Of a stretch of DNA of 64,000 bases, positions 61,021 through 64,000 are shown in pieces (the first letter of the stretch is position 1; each line of letters starts with the position of its first letter). The notes below the pieces were generated by a model, which saw only the letters and a list, made by a program, of their open reading frames with translations, did not search any database and was not told where the DNA came from. The position numbers and the translations under genes are program-made. Source of the DNA: an uncultured Actinomycetota bacterium (GTDB taxonomy: Bacteria; Actinomycetota; Actinomycetes; Propionibacteriales; Nocardioidaceae); assembly GCA_963730035.1 (NCBI GenBank), contig CAVSPN010000002.1, positions 2,625,520 to 2,689,519 on the forward strand, written 5' to 3'.

Positions 61021-61266
61021 GTGATCACCACCGTCATCAGCACCGACCGCGGCATCGTTTCGGGCACCTCCCGCGTCGCCGCCGGCTGCCGCGTGCGTCC
61101 TGCCGCGCCCGTCGTGACCGCCGCCATGAAGAAGTCCGTCGCGCACCGCATCACGGCGCAGCCGATGGCCTCCTCGTTCGAGGGACAGGTCTGGCTGCGT
61201 CCCGCCACCACCGATGTGCTCGTCCCGACCACCCCGGGTCACCTCGCCTGGAGTCCACCGACGTAG
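61021..61266 (+). CDS. whiB7 leader uORF (81 codons)
   Basis: GAGGAGG SD 5-6 nt before the GTG at 61021. High GC3. The TAG at 61264 lies 28 nt upstream of a strong terminator hairpin. Confidence 0.45.
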   Translation: MITTVISTDRGIVSGTSRVAAGCRVRPAAPVVTAAMKKSVAHRITAQPMASSFEGQVWLRPATTDVLVPTTPGHLAWSPPT

Positions 61267-61293
61267 GAGCTCACGCTCCACTCGGCAGCCTCC

Positions 61294-61338
61294 AGGCCGC
61301 GGAACCCGACACCCGGGATCCGCGGCCTTCGTCTTTCT
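61294..61338 (+). terminator. Intrinsic terminator/attenuator in the whiB7 leader
   Basis: 14-bp stem with one mismatch (61294-61308 pairs with 61314-61328) and a 5-nt loop, followed by TCGTCTTTCT. It lies 54 nt upstream of the whiB7 ATG. Confidence 0.6.
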
Positions 61339-61391
61339 CCGGCCCCGGTCGTCACCCGACCGAGGACCACAGCGACACACCAGGAGGAACC

Positions 61392-61691
61392 ATGAGTAGC
61401 ACGCTCCTCGACCCGCCGGCCGAGCGCCGGATGGTCGAGGCCGTCGACGCCGAGCAGCTGCCCTGCCGTCGGAAGGACCCGGAGCTCTTCTTCGCCGAGT
61501 CGCCCCACGACGTCGAGGTCGCCAAGGCGCTGTGCGGGACCTGTCCGGTGCAGTCCGAGTGCCTCGCCGGCGCGCTCGAGCGTCGGGAGCCGTGGGGTGT
61601 CTGGGGAGGCCAGCTCTTCCTCCAAGGAGTGGTGATCCCCCGCAAGCGCCCTCGGGGCCGGCCCCGCAAGAGCGAGGTCGTCGCCGCCTGA
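61392..61691 (+). CDS. whiB7: WhiB7 transcriptional regulator
   Basis: AGGAGG SD. Four Cys (C..C..C....C), EPWGVWGG turn, and C-terminal AT-hook RKRPRGRPRK. Confidence 0.9.
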   Translation: MSSTLLDPPAERRMVEAVDAEQLPCRRKDPELFFAESPHDVEVAKALCGTCPVQSECLAGALERREPWGVWGGQLFLQGVVIPRKRPRGRPRKSEVVAA

Positions 61692-61790
61692 CCCTGACCA
61701 GGAGACGACCCGTCACGGGTCCCCGCGTCAGCGGGGACTCCCTCGCCCGCCAGGTCACCCGGCCTGCGGCCACACCGAAGGAACGAACAG

Positions 61791-61985
61791 TTGAACAACG
61801 AGATGCATCGGAGCACCGTCATGAACTTGATGTACGAAGAACTCGCACGATCGCAGATGTCCGAGCGCCTGGGAGAGGCGCAGTCCCGCAGGCGCGGCCG
61901 TCAGGTCGTCGTCGCTCGTCGGCTCTCGCGCCGAGCCGAGCGCGCGGCGCTGCAGGCCAGGCTGGTCCTGGCCCGCTCCCTCTGA
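61791..61985 (+). CDS. Small Arg-rich hypothetical protein
   Basis: 64 codons from a TTG (alternative ATGs at 61803 and 61821). The helical RRLSRRAERAALQARL tail has coding GC3 apart from a lower-GC 5-prime end. Confidence 0.35.
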   Translation: MNNEMHRSTVMNLMYEELARSQMSERLGEAQSRRRGRQVVVARRLSRRAERAALQARLVLARSL

Positions 61986-61987
61986 CG

Positions 61988-62083
61988 CCGAGCCGCCCCT
62001 CGTGACCGGTCGACCCGCCCCTCGTGACGGGTCGAACCGCCCACGAGGACCAGTCGAGCCGCCCACCATGGTGGGCGGCTCGA
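61988..62083 (+). repeat. GC-rich intergenic repeat array: four 21-22-bp direct units ending in a perfect 32-bp palindrome
   Basis: Units start at 61988, 62009, 62031 and 62053 (TCGA[G/C/A]CCGCCC...). The palindrome GTCGAGCCGCCCACCATGGTGGGCGGCTCGAC is at 62052-62083. Confidence 0.8.
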
Positions 62084-62144
62084 CTGCGTCGAGGGGTCGA
62101 CGACGGCGGGTCGGCGGGTCACCCCAGGCGCGTAACCTGCCTCC

Positions 62145-62306
62145 ATGGTGAGGTGCGACCACTGCGGTGACACCTGTCCCGACGACACTCCTCCGCTCGC
62201 CTGGTCGCTGAGCATGGAAGGCGGCCGGGTCCGCCGATACTGCGAGCAGTGCACCCGCAACCACGTCCGGTCGATGGAGGGCAAGCTCGACCCCGCGCAC
62301 TGGTGA
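62145..62306 (+). CDS. 53-aa zinc-ribbon-like protein (not in the ORF track)
   Basis: Hand translation gives MVRCDHCGDTCPDDTPPLAWSLSMEGGRVRRYCEQCTRNHVRSMEGKLDPAHW*. It has two CxxC pairs, high GC3, and TGA at 62304-62306. Confidence 0.5.
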   Translation: MVRCDHCGDTCPDDTPPLAWSLSMEGGRVRRYCEQCTRNHVRSMEGKLDPAHW

Positions 62307-62319
62307 GAGGAGCAGGGCG

Positions 62320-63645
62320 TCAGAACCCCGGCAGGAACTCCTCGAGGATGCCGCGGAACGGCACCTCGGCCCCGAGCTGGCACAGCACCCCGACGCCGCC
62401 GATCCAGGTGCGGTGCACCAGCAGGTACTCCGGAGGCAGGTTGACCCGGAGGGCGACCTGCGTGCTGGGCTCGTCGGGGTCCTGCAACCGCTGCAGGTGG
62501 TCGCGCATGTACTCGCGCGAGAACCGGAAGGTCGGGGTCCGCGCCGGGTCCACGAACGGCGAGAGGTAGGCGCGCATGTCCGACACCCGCACGTTGATCC
62601 CCGGCCGGAGGAACCCCTCCTCGCGCAGGAACTCCACCACCCGGTCGTAGTCGTCGCTCAGCGCGATCCGGAGCAGTCGCCCGAACGGGGACGGAAGCTC
62701 TCTGCCCGGGAGCTTCGCGACGGCGCCGTAGTCGAGGACGCCGAGCCGGTCCGGTGCTCCGTCGGCGCCCGGCAGCAGCCTGAAGTTGCCCGGATGGGGA
62801 TCGGCGTGCATGAGCCCCACCCGCTGCGGCACCTCGAACATGAACCGGGCGTAGAGCTCGCCCCAGCGGTCGCGCTCGGCGGGTGACCCGTCGGCGATCA
62901 CCTTCGCCAGCGACGCCGGGCTCTCCAGCCACTCGGTGACCAGCACGCGCCTGGTGTGCGCGACCGGGCGGGGGACGACGTAGTGCTCGTCGCCGGCGAG
63001 GGTGGTCGCGAACGCCTCCTGCGACGCGAACTCCAGGGTGTAGTCGAGCTCCTCGACGACCCGTTCCTGCAGCTCCTGCGCCAACGCACGCAGGTCGATC
63101 CCCGGCAGCAGGCCGCCGACGGTCCTCGCCAGCCGGCCGATCTGTCGGAGGTCGGCGATCATCGCCTCCTCGGCCCCGGGGTACTGGATCTTGATCGCCA
63201 CCTCGGTGCCGTCGACCCAGGTCCCGCGGTGGACCTGGCCGATCGACGCAGCGGCCGCGGGGACGTCGTCGAACGCGGTGATCCGCCGCTTCCAGCCGGC
63301 GCCGAACTCGCGGACCAGCTGCTGGTGGACGACCGCGGTCGACATCGGGGGAGCAGAGTCCTGCAACCGCGTCAGGTGCTGGCGGTACGGCGCGGCCATG
63401 TCCTCGGGCAGTGCGCCCTCGAGGATCGAGAGGGCCTGGCCGAACTTCATCGCGCCGCCCTTGAGCTCCCCGAGCGTCCGGAACAGCTGCTCGGCGGTGC
63501 GTTGCTGGACCTCGGTCAGGACCGCCTCCGCCGGAGCACCTCCGAGCCGCTTGCCCATCCCGAGCGCAGTGCGGCCGGCGTACCCCAGCGGCAGCGACGC
63601 CAGCCGCGCCGTCCGGGTCACAGCCCTGCGCGGGAGGTCGGCCAT
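62320..63645 (-). CDS. ABC1/UbiB-family atypical kinase
   Basis: KFGQALS, ASIGQVHRG, VAIKIQYPG and HADPHPGN motifs. ATG at 63645 preferred. Position as Rv3197. Confidence 0.85.
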   Translation of the reverse strand: MADLPRRAVTRTARLASLPLGYAGRTALGMGKRLGGAPAEAVLTEVQQRTAEQLFRTLGELKGGAMKFGQALSILEGALPEDMAAPYRQHLTRLQDSAPPMSTAVVHQQLVREFGAGWKRRITAFDDVPAAAASIGQVHRGTWVDGTEVAIKIQYPGAEEAMIADLRQIGRLARTVGGLLPGIDLRALAQELQERVVEELDYTLEFASQEAFATTLAGDEHYVVPRPVAHTRRVLVTEWLESPASLAKVIADGSPAERDRWGELYARFMFEVPQRVGLMHADPHPGNFRLLPGADGAPDRLGVLDYGAVAKLPGRELPSPFGRLLRIALSDDYDRVVEFLREEGFLRPGINVRVSDMRAYLSPFVDPARTPTFRFSREYMRDHLQRLQDPDEPSTQVALRVNLPPEYLLVHRTWIGGVGVLCQLGAEVPFRGILEEFLPGF

Positions 63646-63685
63646 GGCGCCATTGTTGCCGACCCCGCCCAAACCGGTACGTCGG

Positions 63686-64000
63686 TCAACCCCACGAGCA
63701 CCCGCACCGGGGGTGCGGCGACCACCGCTCGGTCCCGACGGTGTCGAGGCGGGGAGCGAGCTCGATCGTCGAGGCCAGCGTCGTCGGGGTCCCGCCCTCG
63801 GCGTAGGTCGCCAGGTCGCGCGCCGCCCAGGAGAGCGCGAGCGAGGCCAGCGCCGCGTCCACCGGCTCGGGCACCCCGTCGGCCCGCTCGCGGCGGACGG
63901 CCCGGGCGTACTGCTCGACCAGCAGCGGCCAGGAGGCGTCGGCGTCGGTCAGGTGCGCGTCGATGCAGCGCAGGCACGGCGTCTGCCCGGGCACCACGAA
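63686..64000 (-). CDS. ThiF/HesA-family protein, C-terminal part (runs off the window)
   Basis: PCLRCID CxxC motif and a C-terminal PHPRCGC. The ORF is open to the window edge. Confidence 0.55.
   Translation of the reverse strand, partial: FVVPGQTPCLRCIDAHLTDADASWPLLVEQYARAVRRERADGVPEPVDAALASLALSWAARDLATYAEGGTPTTLASTIELAPRLDTVGTERWSPHPRCGCSWG

Overview
Very GC-rich actinobacterial chromosome (mycothiol genes, WhiB7, AdnAB, mycoredoxin, many 4-bp GTGA/ATGA gene overlaps). Both ends are conserved core. On the left (0.1-16.9 kb) are a secreted PLD, GT2/DUF2304, pgm, NUDIX, PHP, MarC, SDR, an L,D-transpeptidase, a DEAD-box helicase, DUF3107, TetR, moeZ and an ATL-like protein. On the right (50.8-64 kb) are adnA, adnB, nudC, mycoredoxin, uvrD2, whiB7, an ABC1 kinase and a partial ThiF gene. 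From memory, this flank order matches the M. tuberculosis Rv3211-Rv3196 block. About 34 kb of accessory DNA (16.9-50.8 kb) lies between the flanks. Its first module is a tightly coupled divergon: FdrA/DUF1116/DUF2877 (AllFGH-like carbamoyltransferase) faces a UraA/RutG-type permease, a three-subunit Mo-hydroxylase, CoxG and an amidase. A carbamate kinase plus AtzD/barbiturase-family ring-opening amidohydrolase pair sits 19 kb away. Together these suggest an undescribed ATP-yielding oxidative pyrimidine (barbiturate) route; this is inference only. The island also carries hyuAB, two DUF222-HNH genes, a delta-60 repeat protein and several relics: an SGNH remnant, an ECF sigma lacking region 4, a 5.6-kb Opp/Dpp-type ABC operon broken by dozens of frameshifts, and an IS30 fragment flanked by a 41-bp hairpin minisatellite. 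Other notable points are apparent single frameshifts in adnB and in a lipoprotein gene, a GC-rich palindromic intergenic repeat family with a compensatory stem change, a whiB7 leader with uORF and attenuator terminator, and a 53-codon zinc-ribbon ORF missing from the ORF track. No tRNA, rRNA or CRISPR was recognised. All family assignments come from reading motifs by eye; no searches were run.
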